NCBI GenBank assembly: GCA_965207805.1
Contig: OZ242312.1
Coordinates: 1,268,050 to 1,332,049 of the forward strand
Length of the DNA stretch: 64,000 bases
Direction of reading: 5' to 3'
From: Gemmatimonadota bacterium
GTDB lineage: Bacteria > Gemmatimonadota > Gemmatimonadetes > Palauibacterales > Palauibacteraceae
Position numbers and translations under genes: made by a program. The notes beneath the pieces are model-generated. The model saw only the letters and a program-made list of their open reading frames with translations, had not been told where the DNA came from and searched no databases. Within the stretch, counting starts at the first letter, position 1. The number at the start of each line of letters is the position of its first letter. Positions 1-14,196 of this stretch are shown piece by piece.

Positions 1-739
1 TGTTGAAGCCCCCTTCGCCCGACGCTTCCAGGATGCCGGCAGTGAAATCGGTATCCGGCGCCAAGCGCGTGATCTCGCCGAGACCGAGGGTTTCTCGGTG
101 CGGGTTGATTGCCGCGAGGATGTCCTCCGATCTCGGTGCGGCGACATCAAGATGGAGGCGAAGAGCTTCCTCCGCCCTTTCGAGGGCGCTCTGCGTTTGT
201 CGTGCTGCAGCAGTGAGCTTATTCAAGACGGTCTTCAGCACCCCACGGGTCTGCCCGATGGACTCCAGCTTCAGAAGCTCCTGAATCTCCTTGGACCGCT
301 GCGCGGCCTCGACGATGATGTACTTGATGATCTCTCGACGTGTCAGGGTCAGCTCGGGATGATCGGCGACCTCTTCGATGATGCCCCTCATCTCGGGGTC
401 GTCGGGAGTGAGTACGAAGGCCTGCGGAGTCTTTACGTTCCTGGTCAGGACTGCCGATTTCTCCAGCTCAGGGACGTAGAAGCGAAGCGAAACCTCGGCA
501 GAGGCGGGATCATGGCGGCGATCCACATGGGGACCGTGGGTCTTGACGCTCAGTCCACGCGTGCCCTTGCCGGAGAGCCGCGACATCACCCCCGTCAAGG
601 CAAATTCAATGGCATCGACGATTCCGCTCTTGCCCGATCCATTCGGTCCGGATACGACGAAGTTCTTCCGGTCGGGCTTGACTTCCAGATCGCGGATTCC
701 CCTGAGTTCCCGAATCGCCACCGACTCAATCTGAATCAA
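1..739 (-). CDS. SMC/RecF/SbcC-like P-loop ATPase, N-terminal part (runs off window start)
   Basis: Not in the ORF track. Manual translation from TTG at 739 gives MIQIESVAIRELRGIRDLEVKPDRKNFVVSGPNGSGKSGIVDAIEFALTG (Walker A GPNGSGKS). GGAGG lies just upstream. Confidence 0.85.
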   Translation of the reverse strand, partial: MIQIESVAIRELRGIRDLEVKPDRKNFVVSGPNGSGKSGIVDAIEFALTGVMSRLSGKGTRGLSVKTHGPHVDRRHDPASAEVSLRFYVPELEKSAVLTRNVKTPQAFVLTPDDPEMRGIIEEVADHPELTLTRREIIKYIIVEAAQRSKEIQELLKLESIGQTRGVLKTVLNKLTAAARQTQSALERAEEALRLHLDVAAPRSEDILAAINPHRETLGLGEITRLAPDTDFTAGILEASGEGGFN

Positions 740-911
740 GGCTCGCCTCCTGCGCTGCCCTCTCGAAGATGGCCACGAAGTCGTTGGCCTTCGGCTTCTT
801 TTCCGCCGCGAGGAGGGTACGCAGCTCCTCGACGGTTACCTCGCTCACGGTGTCCGACTCCGAGAGTTTCGTGTAGAACGATTCGAGAATCTCGTCCAGT
901 ACCTTGCCCAT
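726..911 (-). CDS. Small acidic helical hypothetical protein coupled to the ATPase
   Basis: 61-aa ORF with GGAGG RBS; its 3' end overlaps the ATPase start. Confidence 0.7.
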   Translation of the reverse strand: MGKVLDEILESFYTKLSESDTVSEVTVEELRTLLAAEKKPKANDFVAIFERAAQEASLDSD

Positions 912-1160
912 ACGCTATTCCTCCGATTGAACTCATCGCCGGGCCATTCCGGTGTCGGATGGGAGGGTCAGCTTACCATGGACAATCGCTCCCAACCAGC
1001 AGCCCGTGCCGGAGTACCGGAAGGGTGTCGAGCACCGCTCCCAAACGGAGGAGGAGACGTTCGCTGACCGGCTGGCCGGCGGCTGGTCGGCATCCGCTAC
1101 GCAAGGACCGGAGGCGGTCGCCGTAGGCGTACAATCGCCTTCCCGCGAGGGATCGCTGGC

Positions 1161-1251
1161 TCGGTAGCAACCAAGGGTCGGGGTCAGGGGTGCGCAAACC
1201 CGCCCACCCCCGAACCCGTACCGAGCCCTTGGCGAGGGGGGTCGCTACCGA
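1161..1251. repeat. Nested inverted repeats forming a ~90-nt hairpin
   Basis: tcggtagcaacc (1161-1172) pairs with ggtcgctaccga (1240-1251) at 11/12; ccaagggtcgg pairs with ccgagcccttgg; inner gggtcaggggtg pairs imperfectly with cacccccgaaccc. Confidence 0.6.
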
Positions 1252-1708
1252 CCGCGGCCTCGCGGCCACTGTGCCACGGGCGACCGGGCGGGGCAGCCGC
1301 AAGACGTTGCTGCGGATCACGATGCGAGGGATGTACGTTGCGCACCGCCGGAGCGACGAAGCGCGCATCGGACCCCGACGTCGTTTGCGCACTCAGGTAC
1401 GGCTCTAAGCGGGAGCGCCGGGACCGACGGCGACCGGTGCGACCGCAACCCGGAGCGCGGAACCGCTCCCGGAAAGCTTTTCGCCGGTAACTCGTCGAAA
1501 ATCGGGGATCCGACTCGGGACGAAACCGGCTCAGACTCCTTACGCCGTCCTGCTCGATCAGGTTTCGGGCGGATCGTTGCGAACGGCTGCCGGAATCTGC
1601 GGACCGGCCTGCTTGGGCGAGGTGTACTGCCCCGCACCTCATATCATATCTTGGAAAGGGCTCCGGCAGGCCAGCGGGGCGATCCGGAACTGAAACGTGC
1701 GAGTTGAG

Positions 1709-3274
<1,566 letters not shown>

Positions 3275-3289
3275 GGTGAAAGAGAATCC

Positions 3290-3712
3290 ATGAAGCTCCA
3301 ACTCGACAGTCTCAGGAAATCGCTCCAAGCTCTCTCCGAAGTCGCAACCGTGAGCGGCAACGACGAGCGCATGGGGCAACTGACCGACATCGAGCGGGTG
3401 GCGATCCGTGCGGGGGTCGTTCAGCACTTCGAGATCACCTATGAACTGTGCTGGAAGCTCATGGCCCGTTGGCTCAGCGCGAACGTCAGCCCGGGTGTTG
3501 CGGACGGCGTGACGCGGCGTCAGCTGTTCCGCCTCGCCGCCGAGCGGCGGCTGATCCAGGATGTCGGTAGGTGGATGGGCCACCATGAAGGACGAAACGC
3601 GACATCGCACATCTACGACTTCGACAAGGCCGACGCGGTCTACCGGGCAACGCTGGACTTCGTGCATGACGCGCGTGCGCTGCTGCGGGCGTTGGAAGCC
3701 CGGAATGACTGA
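3290..3712 (+). CDS. HEPN-domain ribonuclease toxin (HepT / HI0074-like)
   Basis: GVVQHFEITYELCWKLM and RNATSHIY (RX4HXY) motifs; directly upstream of an MNT domain. Confidence 0.9.
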   Translation: MKLQLDSLRKSLQALSEVATVSGNDERMGQLTDIERVAIRAGVVQHFEITYELCWKLMARWLSANVSPGVADGVTRRQLFRLAAERRLIQDVGRWMGHHEGRNATSHIYDFDKADAVYRATLDFVHDARALLRALEARND

Positions 3713-3736
3713 CCTGAGCCGCTCCGGACGCCCGGC

Positions 3737-5388
3737 GTGAGTGTCGTCCCCAACTTGGACCTGCGGCCCGATCATTGGGCCATCGTCCGCGACGCCCTGC
3801 GCCGACACGTTCCGGATCGGGAGGTGCTCGCGTTCGGGTCGCGCGCAACGTGGACCGCCAAGGATTACTCGGATCTCGATCTCGCAATCATGGGTGAGGA
3901 GCCTCTCTCGCTGCGCGCTTCGTCGGCCTTGGATGAAGCCCTTGTCGAGTCGGCCCTACCGTTCCGGGTGGACATCGTGGATTGGGCGAGCACCGACGAG
4001 AGCTTCCGCAGAGTCATCCGACGGGGTGCGGTGTCCGTTCAGGCTCCGACCGTGACTCCCGACGTGGCTCAGCGAGTTGGGATCCGCTCGACGACACCAG
4101 TTGCAAGGGGGTCATCGGGACGAGATACGAAGGAAGACAACGGCGGACTGTTCAGTCCCACGTTCCCGGAGCACTGGCGCCCCAGCCCACTCTACGCCAT
4201 GGCAACTTGGGTGAACGGGCTGGCCTTCAGGAAGATTCAGTTCTCGGATACCGGGCGGCCGATCATCAAGATCGCTGAACTCAAGGGCGGAATCAGCGGG
4301 CAAACGAAGTTCACGCAGCAGACGTTTGACGAGTCGGTGCGCGTTCGGCCCGGAGACCTCCTCTTCTCTTGGTCGGGTCAACCGGAGACCTCCATCGATG
4401 CCTTCTGGTGGAGGGGACCAGAGGGATGGCTGAACCAGCACGTCTTCCGGGTGACACCGGAACTCGGACTCGACGTCACATTCTTCTACTACCTCTTGCG
4501 CTACCTGAAGCCAAACTTCGTTCGGATCGCAAGAGACAAGCAGACAACCGGCTTGGGCCACGTCACGAAGCGCGATCTCAAGAACCTGCGAGTGGCTTCC
4601 CCCGCCCGCCCCGAGCAACGCGCCATCGCTTACGTCCTCGGCACGCTGGACGACAAGATCGAGTTGAACCGCCGGATGAACGAGACGCTGGAGGCGATGG
4701 CGCGGGCGCTGTTCAAGTCGTGGTTCGTCGATTTCGACCCGGTCCGGGCCAAGATGGAGGGCTGGGACGCGGGCTTGCCGCGAGACATCGCCGACCTTTT
4801 CCCCGACCGGCTCGTGGATTCGGAGTTGGGGGATATCCCGGACGGATGGAAAGTAATGCCACTGGGAGATCTGGTCGAGCTAGCGTACGGAAAGCCACTC
4901 CCTAAGAGGAAGCGGAGACCAGGGTGTGTTCCGGTATACGGATCTAACGGCCAGGTCGATTGGCACGATCAGCAACTCGTCGATGGACCAGGAGTGGTCG
5001 TAGGCCGCAAGGGGAATCCGGGCTTGGTCAGGTGGAGTCTAAAGGGATTCTTCCCTATCGACACGACGTTCTACGTAGTGCCGAAGGACGAGGGGCTAGG
5101 GATGTTCTTTCTATTCCACCTCTTGCGAACGCAAGATCTCCCGTCGATTGCCTCTGATTCCGCTGTCCCGGGCATGAATCGGAACCTCGCCTACATGAAC
5201 CGAGCCGTCGTGCCGTCCAAAGATACCGTTGGCGTGTTCACCAAGACCGTGAAGGCCATTTCCGCACGTCAGTACGGATTACAGCAGGAATCCCGCCCCC
5301 TCGCTGGCCTTCGAGACACCCTCCTACCCAAGCTCATGTCAGGGGCAATCCGCGTACCGGGTGCCGAGAGGCTGGCGGAATCCGTCTC

Positions 5389-5392
<4 letters not shown>
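3737..5392 (+). CDS. hsdS: Minimal nucleotidyltransferase (MntA-like) fused to type I R-M specificity subunit S
   Basis: First ~100 aa carry [16 protein letters not shown] (GSX10DXD). Then two target-recognition domains, the spacer [44 protein letters not shown] and C-terminal [12 protein letters not shown]. Confidence 0.92.
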
Positions 5393-8539
<3,147 letters not shown>

Positions 8540-8704
8540 CCTCAGATCTGTCGGGGCAGAAGGCAAGGGATTACCTATGCAGCGTCGTGATCGGTGCGTC
8601 CCGCCATCGACGGAGCCCAGTTACGCCGGAGGACAGGCAATGGAGAGATAGCCCTGCGGAACAAGCCGGGGGCGTTAATTCCGACGATGACGGCAGGATT
8701 TGCG

Positions 8705-9328
8705 ATGCCTGAAGCGAATGACGTGTCACACCGTGCCAAGTACGCCGAGTGCATGGAGGAGATCAAAAGGAGGATGCTGGTTGTTGACGCGTTCCTGAAC
8801 GGATCGTGCAACGCCCTGTACCTGAAGACGACGGTGGAGTCCATCTACTTGCAGTTCCGAAAGATCCTGGAATTGATCGCCATGGCCTCGATCTCCGCGA
8901 GTCCCGAGTACATGGAGCGATACAAGCGGTTTCGGCGTCACTACAACGGGAAGCGCATTCTCGAAGACTTAGAGAAGGTCAACCCGCACTTCTACCCCCG
9001 GCCAACCAGACAGATCGTGGATCCGGATACCGGAAAGGTCGTGAAGGTCGTGGATGTCGAGTCCGGCTACCTCACCAAGGGTAACTATGTGGAGCTTTAT
9101 GACATCTGCGGCGATCTGCTTCACGCCGAGAGTCCGTATGCCGTCGAAGAGCAGAACATCGAGTTGCGTTTTCGGGAATCGCCTGAATGGAAGAACAAGA
9201 TCGTGACGTTACTCAATCATCATCAGGTTCAACTCGCCGATAGCCGAAGGCAAGTCTGGGTTCTGATGGAGGCGAGGTCGGACGGCAAAGTACATGTGTG
9301 GGACTTCGAGGCGGTGGAGCGCGCATGA
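8705..9328 (+). CDS. Hypothetical protein, possibly HEPN-like (island cargo)
   Basis: Protein-like helical composition with LQFRKILELIA and LYDICGDLLHAESPY; lower GC; ATGA overlap with the next ORF. Confidence 0.7.
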   Translation: MPEANDVSHRAKYAECMEEIKRRMLVVDAFLNGSCNALYLKTTVESIYLQFRKILELIAMASISASPEYMERYKRFRRHYNGKRILEDLEKVNPHFYPRPTRQIVDPDTGKVVKVVDVESGYLTKGNYVELYDICGDLLHAESPYAVEEQNIELRFRESPEWKNKIVTLLNHHQVQLADSRRQVWVLMEARSDGKVHVWDFEAVERA

Positions 9329-9600
9329 GCGGTGAGTCGTGGACGATCATCTCATGTACGATCGCGCTGGCAGCCGCTTTTTTTGGTGTCCACTTCACCT
9401 ACCTCGTGCCGACTCTACAGGACATGCGGCGTCACACACGGGACATCCAAGGTGAAGTCGCGCATCTCAGGGAGCGGATAGCGAGGCTGGAAGCACGGAT
9501 TGAGTCTGGCGGCTCAAGACCAATCCCGCCGAGTTGGAGCCCTGGCGTCCCAGACGAACCACCAACCCGCCAGATCGGCTTCACCTCGGAAGACGAATGA
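9325..9600 (+). CDS. Small membrane-anchored coiled-coil protein
   Basis: N-terminal hydrophobic helix then EVAHLRERIARLEARIE heptads; starts at an ATGA overlap. Confidence 0.65.
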   Translation: MSGESWTIISCTIALAAAFFGVHFTYLVPTLQDMRRHTRDIQGEVAHLRERIARLEARIESGGSRPIPPSWSPGVPDEPPTRQIGFTSEDE

Positions 9601-9810
9601 AGGAAACCCGATCCGGTGGCTGCGTGCGCCGGGGCCGTCTCGCAAGAACCGCCGACACGGCAGCCGCCAAGGGCGAGTATTCCCGCCACTAGGTCCATCG
9701 TTCCGGCGATTTCGACGGAGATTCAAGCAGGTATTGGCGAACGGCAAGAGTTGCAGATCGTGCAGTCCTGATTAGACTTACGTGATCTCTTGCCGTGATT
9801 CAGACCTTGG

Positions 9811-10455
9811 ATGATCCGCTGGTGCATCGGTCGAAACTACCGGGCGGACAACCCGGTGGACCGGGCGGTCGTTGCGCTGCCGAAGGCGAACGGCCACACG
9901 ACAACCCACCACCGCGCGCTCCCGCACGGAGAGGTCGCCGCCGCACTCCGTGAGGTTCGCCGGACCACCGACACGCACGCTTCGGCGGCTCCGTGCGTTG
10001 AACTGATCGTCCTCACCGCCGTCCGTCCCGGAGAGGCGCGGGGCGCGCTTTGGGACGAGATCGACATGGAGGCGGGCGTGTGGACGATCCCGGCTTCGAG
10101 GATGAAGGCGGGCCGCGAGTTCGCCGTTCCGCTCAGCACCGCAGCTCTCGACGTGCTCGAACGGGCGCGCAAGCTGTCGGGCGGATCGCCGCTGGTGTTT
10201 CCGTCGCGTACCGGCGAGCCGCTGCCGCCGAAAGCGCCGCTCAGGGTGCTCAAGCGCGCCGGGGTCGCCTCGACGCTGCACGGGTTCCGGTCGAGCGCCC
10301 GGTCGTGGATGGCCGAGACCGGCGTTCCTGCGGAGGTCGCGGAGGCCTGCCTTGCCCACGTCCCGAGAAGCCAAGTCGTTCAGGCGTATCAGAGGTCCGA
10401 CCTGCTGGAGCGCCGCGCCGAAGTCATGCAGGAGTGGAGCCGCTACGTCACTTGA
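9811..10455 (+). pseudogene. Tyrosine recombinase/integrase (P4-like), catalytic domain only
   Basis: LTAVRPGE (R), RMK (K), HGFR (HxxR), LAH and AY catalytic residues. Only 214 aa, so arm-binding and most core-binding domains are missing. Confidence 0.85.
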
Positions 10456-10556
10456 TTTCGAGAGGCCGCCCGAAGGGATACCTTGGTTGACAAGTAGGTG
10501 AGAGAGAGGCGGCCCAGACTGGTCGCTGATTCCATCCGGTTCGTGGGAACGCCGAA

Positions 10557-11102
10557 ATGCAGATCAACCTGAGCGTCGAGGAGGTCCGGGAGTTTTCGAG
10601 GCGCTACAAGGAGGAGGACGGCGGGCAGCTGCTCGAATTGGACGAAGCCCTACAAGAGTCACTGAAGGATGCTCACCTTCGCGGCCACATCACGCGACGA
10701 CAGTTGCTGGACGTGGCGGAGTGGAAGTCAGGCAAACGAACCCTCCATCACTGCAAGAAGAACACCCCGGAGGAAGTCAAGGAATGCTCTGCGGTTGCGT
10801 TCGGTGCTCGCACGGATCGGCTTCGCATTCATGCGCTAGTAGCACTTCAAGGGGTTTCATGGCCAACCGCAAGCGCTGTCTTGCACTTCGTGTTCCCGAG
10901 TCGATTCCCGATGTTGGATGTCCGCGTGATGCGCACCGTGGGGAGAATCCCCCCCGACTCGAATCAGCCTCCAAACTACACGATCCCGCTGTGGTCCAAG
11001 TACGCCAAGTTGTGCCGGGAGACCGCTGGAAGGTACGGCGTGACACTTCGCGACCTCGACCGGGCTCTGTGGATGTGGGACCTCTGCAATCATCCTCAGT
11101 AA
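10557..11102 (+). CDS. Helix-hairpin-helix DNA glycosylase-like protein (OGG-fold-like)
   Basis: EWKS, LQGVSWPTASAVL (HhH), FPMLDVRV (catalytic Asp position) and LRDLDRALW motifs. Confidence 0.65.
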   Translation: MQINLSVEEVREFSRRYKEEDGGQLLELDEALQESLKDAHLRGHITRRQLLDVAEWKSGKRTLHHCKKNTPEEVKECSAVAFGARTDRLRIHALVALQGVSWPTASAVLHFVFPSRFPMLDVRVMRTVGRIPPDSNQPPNYTIPLWSKYAKLCRETAGRYGVTLRDLDRALWMWDLCNHPQ

Positions 11103-11320
11103 CGCTTCCGCATTAGCGTACAGACCGGCAAGCGACAGAACCCAAGAAGAAGAGGCGGCGGAGGTGCCGCTGGCGGCGGTCGATGCGGCTTCCGGACGGC
11201 GCTGGACGCCGTTGGACGTCGCCGTTTCGGCGGCTGTTGACACCGCCCGAAACGGTCGCCTGACTTCACGTCATGGCGACTCCGACGACCCCGGATTCCG
11301 CGCTCCGAAGGACGGTTTGG

Positions 11321-11420
11321 CCCGCTAATGCGGGAGAGCCAGCCCACCCTTTGGGGCCACGCTCCGCGAGTCCCCGGCAGGGGCTGGCGGGGGGCCGTGC
11401 CCCCTGTGACCCCCACAACG
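11321..11420 (-). promoter_or_regulatory. Putative ColE1-type origin of transfer (oriT)
   Basis: Immediately upstream of mobC. The minus strand reads GGGGTCACAGGGGGCACGGCCCC...GCGGAGCGTG...GGGCTGGCTCT, resembling the ColE1 bom layout with a CTGG^CT nic-like site; adjacent hairpin cccgc-taat-gcggg. Confidence 0.55.
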
Positions 11421-11433
11421 GAAACGGCGCGCC

Positions 11434-11772
11434 GTGAGCGCCGGACGCGCCGTCTGGGTGAAGGTCCGCGCCTCCGAGGCGGAGCGTGCCGAATGGCACG
11501 CCAAGGCGCGCTCGGCGGGCTTGACCCTGTCGGATCTGGTGCGCCGGTCGATCGGCCGGGTCCGCACGTGGACCGTGCCGCACGCCGAGGTCGAGCGCGG
11601 GCGCACCCGCGAACTGGCGCGCCTCGGGAACAACCTCAACCAGATCGCACGCTGGGCGAATACCCACAAGGAGGCCATCGAGGCCGTCGAGGTGATCGCC
11701 CATCTAGTCGCCATCGACCGCGCGCTCGGCGCTTTGGATCCCGCCGAGAGCCCGGAAGCCGATGCACATTAA
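11434..11772 (+). CDS. mobC: Relaxosome accessory protein MobC (MbeC-like, RHH)
   Basis: VKVRASEAE RHH start and ELARLGNNLNQIARWAN motif; overlaps the relaxase start. Confidence 0.93.
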   Translation: MSAGRAVWVKVRASEAERAEWHAKARSAGLTLSDLVRRSIGRVRTWTVPHAEVERGRTRELARLGNNLNQIARWANTHKEAIEAVEVIAHLVAIDRALGALDPAESPEADAH

Positions 11773-13291
11773 GTTCTTGGCGCGCGGAACCGGATCGGCG
11801 CGGGCTGCGGCCAAATACCTCCTCGGGGAGCGGGACGCGGCCGGGAAACCGCGCGAAGGCGTCGAGGTCCTTCGTGGCGATCCCCACCGGGTGGCGTCGG
11901 TGGCGGACGCCCTGGGGTTCGAGCACAGGTACACCTCCGGCGTGATCGCGTGGGCGCCGGAGGACGAACCGACCGACAAACAGATCGGCGCGGTTCTGGA
12001 CGCCTTCGAGGAGACGGCGTGGGCGGGGCTCGAACCGGACCGCTACGCGTGGGCGGCGGTGCTCCACCGAGAGGAGGGCGGCGGCGCCCACGTCCACGTT
12101 CTCGCCGCGCGATGCGACCTTGAGACCGGGCGCAGCCTCAACATTGCCCCTCCGGGCTGGCGGAGAACGTTCGACCCGCTCCGCGACGCCTTCAACCACG
12201 AGCACGGCTGGGGCCGTCCGGACGATCCGGCCCGAGCCAGGGTCGAGCAGCCCGGACACCGCGCGTACATCGAGGCGGCGCGACTGCGGGCCGGGCTCCG
12301 GCTCGAATCCTCCCCCCGCAACCTGATCCGGGACTACCTGATCCAGCGCGTCGAGCACGGCGCGGTGAAGGATCGCTTCGATGTCGTCGCCGCGCTGCGG
12401 GAGGCGGGCTTGGAAGTGCCGCGCCAAGGCAAGGACTACCTGACCGCGATGGACCCGGAGACTGGCGACCGTTGGCGGCTGAAGGGACGGCTGTACGCCT
12501 TTGACTTCCAGCCCGGACGATTCGACCGAGCGGCTGAGGAGGCGGCTGGAGAGCGGACGCGGGGAGACAGGGAAGTTGACCGCGAGCGAGCGCGCTCGGC
12601 GCGCCGGGAACTCGCGGCGCGCCGCGAGGAACGCGCTGCGTACCATCGGGCGCGATACCGCGGAGGCGGCCGCACGGATGCACACGTTGCCGCTGAAGGC
12701 TTGGCCAAAGCCGCTGATCTTCGGCCTGAACCGCTTGCTCGGCATCTCCGCCGGAAGCTGGGCGACGATGCGGTGGTGGTCGAGGAGCATCCAAGCCCGG
12801 ATCAAGACGGTGGCCGAATTGGACTGCGATATCGCGGAGACCCGGCGGACTCTCGCGAGAATCGAGATGGTCGCTTGGAGGATCGCGCTGCCGAAGATCG
12901 AGGACGAGCAGGCCGTGGTGCGGCCGTCGGGGACGCTGGACAAACCGCGCTGGACTTGGCGCGGACGGCCTGTCTGAAGGCCATCAAGAGAGCGAGGAAA
13001 CTGTATGACCGAGTTGGAGGGGCAGTTGACGGAGGCCTTGAAGAGGTTGTCCGGGCAGTCCGAAACGGAACGGCGGCGGCAATCCGAACAGGTCGAAGCC
13101 TTGCGGCGGCAAGTCGAGCGGCAGACCGAGGAGAACGCCACCTTGAGGCGGCGAATCGAGCGGCTCGACGAGCGAGTGACCGGCTTGACCGAGTATTACG
13201 AGACATCTGGCGTCGCGAGACCGCGCGGACGCGGCTGGTGACAAGGCCGCCCACGCGCGGGCCGGATCGCGATGCCGGGCCGAGCCGCTGA
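11762..13291 (+). CDS. mobA: Relaxase, MbeA/MOBP type
   Basis: MHIKFLARGTG, KYLLG (catalytic Tyr), YTSGVIAW, HREEGGGAHVH metal-binding motif, RWRLKGRLY. Confidence 0.92.
   Translation: MHIKFLARGTGSARAAAKYLLGERDAAGKPREGVEVLRGDPHRVASVADALGFEHRYTSGVIAWAPEDEPTDKQIGAVLDAFEETAWAGLEPDRYAWAAVLHREEGGGAHVHVLAARCDLETGRSLNIAPPGWRRTFDPLRDAFNHEHGWGRPDDPARARVEQPGHRAYIEAARLRAGLRLESSPRNLIRDYLIQRVEHGAVKDRFDVVAALREAGLEVPRQGKDYLTAMDPETGDRWRLKGRLYAFDFQPGRFDRAAEEAAGERTRGDREVDRERARSARRELAARREERAAYHRARYRGGGRTDAHVAAEGLAKAADLRPEPLARHLRRKLGDDAVVVEEHPSPDQDGGRIGLRYRGDPADSRENRDGRLEDRAAEDRGRAGRGAAVGDAGQTALDLARTACLKAIKRARKLYDRVGGAVDGGLEEVVRAVRNGTAAAIRTGRSLAAASRAADRGERHLEAANRAARRASDRLDRVLRDIWRRETARTRLVTRPPTRGPDRDAGPSR
12501..12977 (+). 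CDS. MbeB-like mobilisation protein overprinted within the relaxase gene (start uncertain, may be degenerate)
   Basis: Alternative-frame ORF inside the low-complexity relaxase C-terminus with a hydrophobic segment; same position as mbeB in ColE1. Confidence 0.45.
   Translation: MTSSPDDSTERLRRRLESGRGETGKLTASERARRAGNSRRAARNALRTIGRDTAEAAARMHTLPLKAWPKPLIFGLNRLLGISAGSWATMRWWSRSIQARIKTVAELDCDIAETRRTLARIEMVAWRIALPKIEDEQAVVRPSGTLDKPRWTWRGRPV
13005..13241 (+). CDS. mbeD: MbeD/MobD-like coiled-coil protein overprinted within the relaxase gene
   Basis: MTELEGQLTEALKRL N-terminus typical of MbeD; GAGG RBS; nested in mobA in another frame. Confidence 0.75.
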   Translation: MTELEGQLTEALKRLSGQSETERRRQSEQVEALRRQVERQTEENATLRRRIERLDERVTGLTEYYETSGVARPRGRGW

Positions 13292-13324
13292 GGGTGCGTC
13301 GGTGGAACCGGCGGGCGGGCCGGT

Positions 13325-13879
13325 TCATGCTATCGTGATCGTCGAGAGGCTGTCCAGAAACGCCCACCCGATGTACGGGAGGACGGCCCCCAGCCATTCG
13401 AAAGCCTCCGGATGGCCGTCCAGCCCGTCCTGCAAGGCTCCCATCAGCCACGGACCGTCCGGAGGGTCGCGGAACTCCGCGAGGTCGCATCCCTCGATGA
13501 ACCAGGCGGACGCCGCAACGGTCTCGCGCCATGCGTGCCGCGCGCCGTCGCCACCGCCTTCCGCCACCGCCACCGACACCGCAGGCCGCCCGTCCGGGGC
13601 AAGGATGCACGCCCGCAGGACGCGCGGGCCGTGCGGATGCGCGAGCACCTCCAGTTGCCACGCATCGTCCCGCGCCCGCAACGGCGCGGGAACGCCGAGC
13701 GCGCCCGCCCCCGCGATCAGCCGTCCATACGCGGGGGTCACCTCGTCGACCACCTCGGCGCGATCCGAAAGGCAGTAGTTCCCCATGTTGGCGGTCCAGT
13801 GTTCGAGCGTCACGGGTCGATTCCTCACCAAAGTGGTCTTGGACGGTCGGCTCCCCACCTCCGACCGAAGGCCCATCAA
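13325..13879 (-). CDS. Hypothetical protein (start uncertain)
   Basis: Most protein-like ORF between the relaxase and the island end; no recognised motif. Confidence 0.45.
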   Translation of the reverse strand: MMGLRSEVGSRPSKTTLVRNRPVTLEHWTANMGNYCLSDRAEVVDEVTPAYGRLIAGAGALGVPAPLRARDDAWQLEVLAHPHGPRVLRACILAPDGRPAVSVAVAEGGGDGARHAWRETVAASAWFIEGCDLAEFRDPPDGPWLMGALQDGLDGHPEAFEWLGAVLPYIGWAFLDSLSTITIA

Positions 13880-14196
13880 CCGTAAGGTAATCTCGCGCCG
13901 CCGGGCTCAAAGGCCAGGGTCGCGCGCCGGAGAGAGACGTGGTAGGATGAACCGCCTCACCGCTTCCCGTCCCCGCCACGATGGAGGCGAAACGGGGGAT
14001 GCTTCGGCGGTTGCCCCGGTCGACGTCGAGGGTGCACCCGCAGCGGTCGAGCCCACGGTTCGGTGGAAGGTTCACGTCCGCCGCCGTCCACTTCCGTCCG
14101 GTGTGTTCCGGGTCATATTTGTATATTCAAAGTGATACACAACCGAACTGGATACGACGTAAAGCAAAGTGGCGCTGCCGATTACATTTGTCGTGA

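Noticed and set aside
98-1126. 342-aa plus-strand ORF
   Set aside because: Antisense shadow of the minus-strand ATPase and its small partner, which have clear motifs and RBSs.
952-1167. 71-aa ORF as a possible transposase remnant
   Set aside because: Only a vague YRK...E..F resemblance; no DDE motif, terminal repeats or good start context.
9741-9796. Integron attC site
   Set aside because: Hairpin present, but no RYYYAAC/GTTRRRY boxes, no second copy, and the integrase remnant is P4-like rather than IntI-like.
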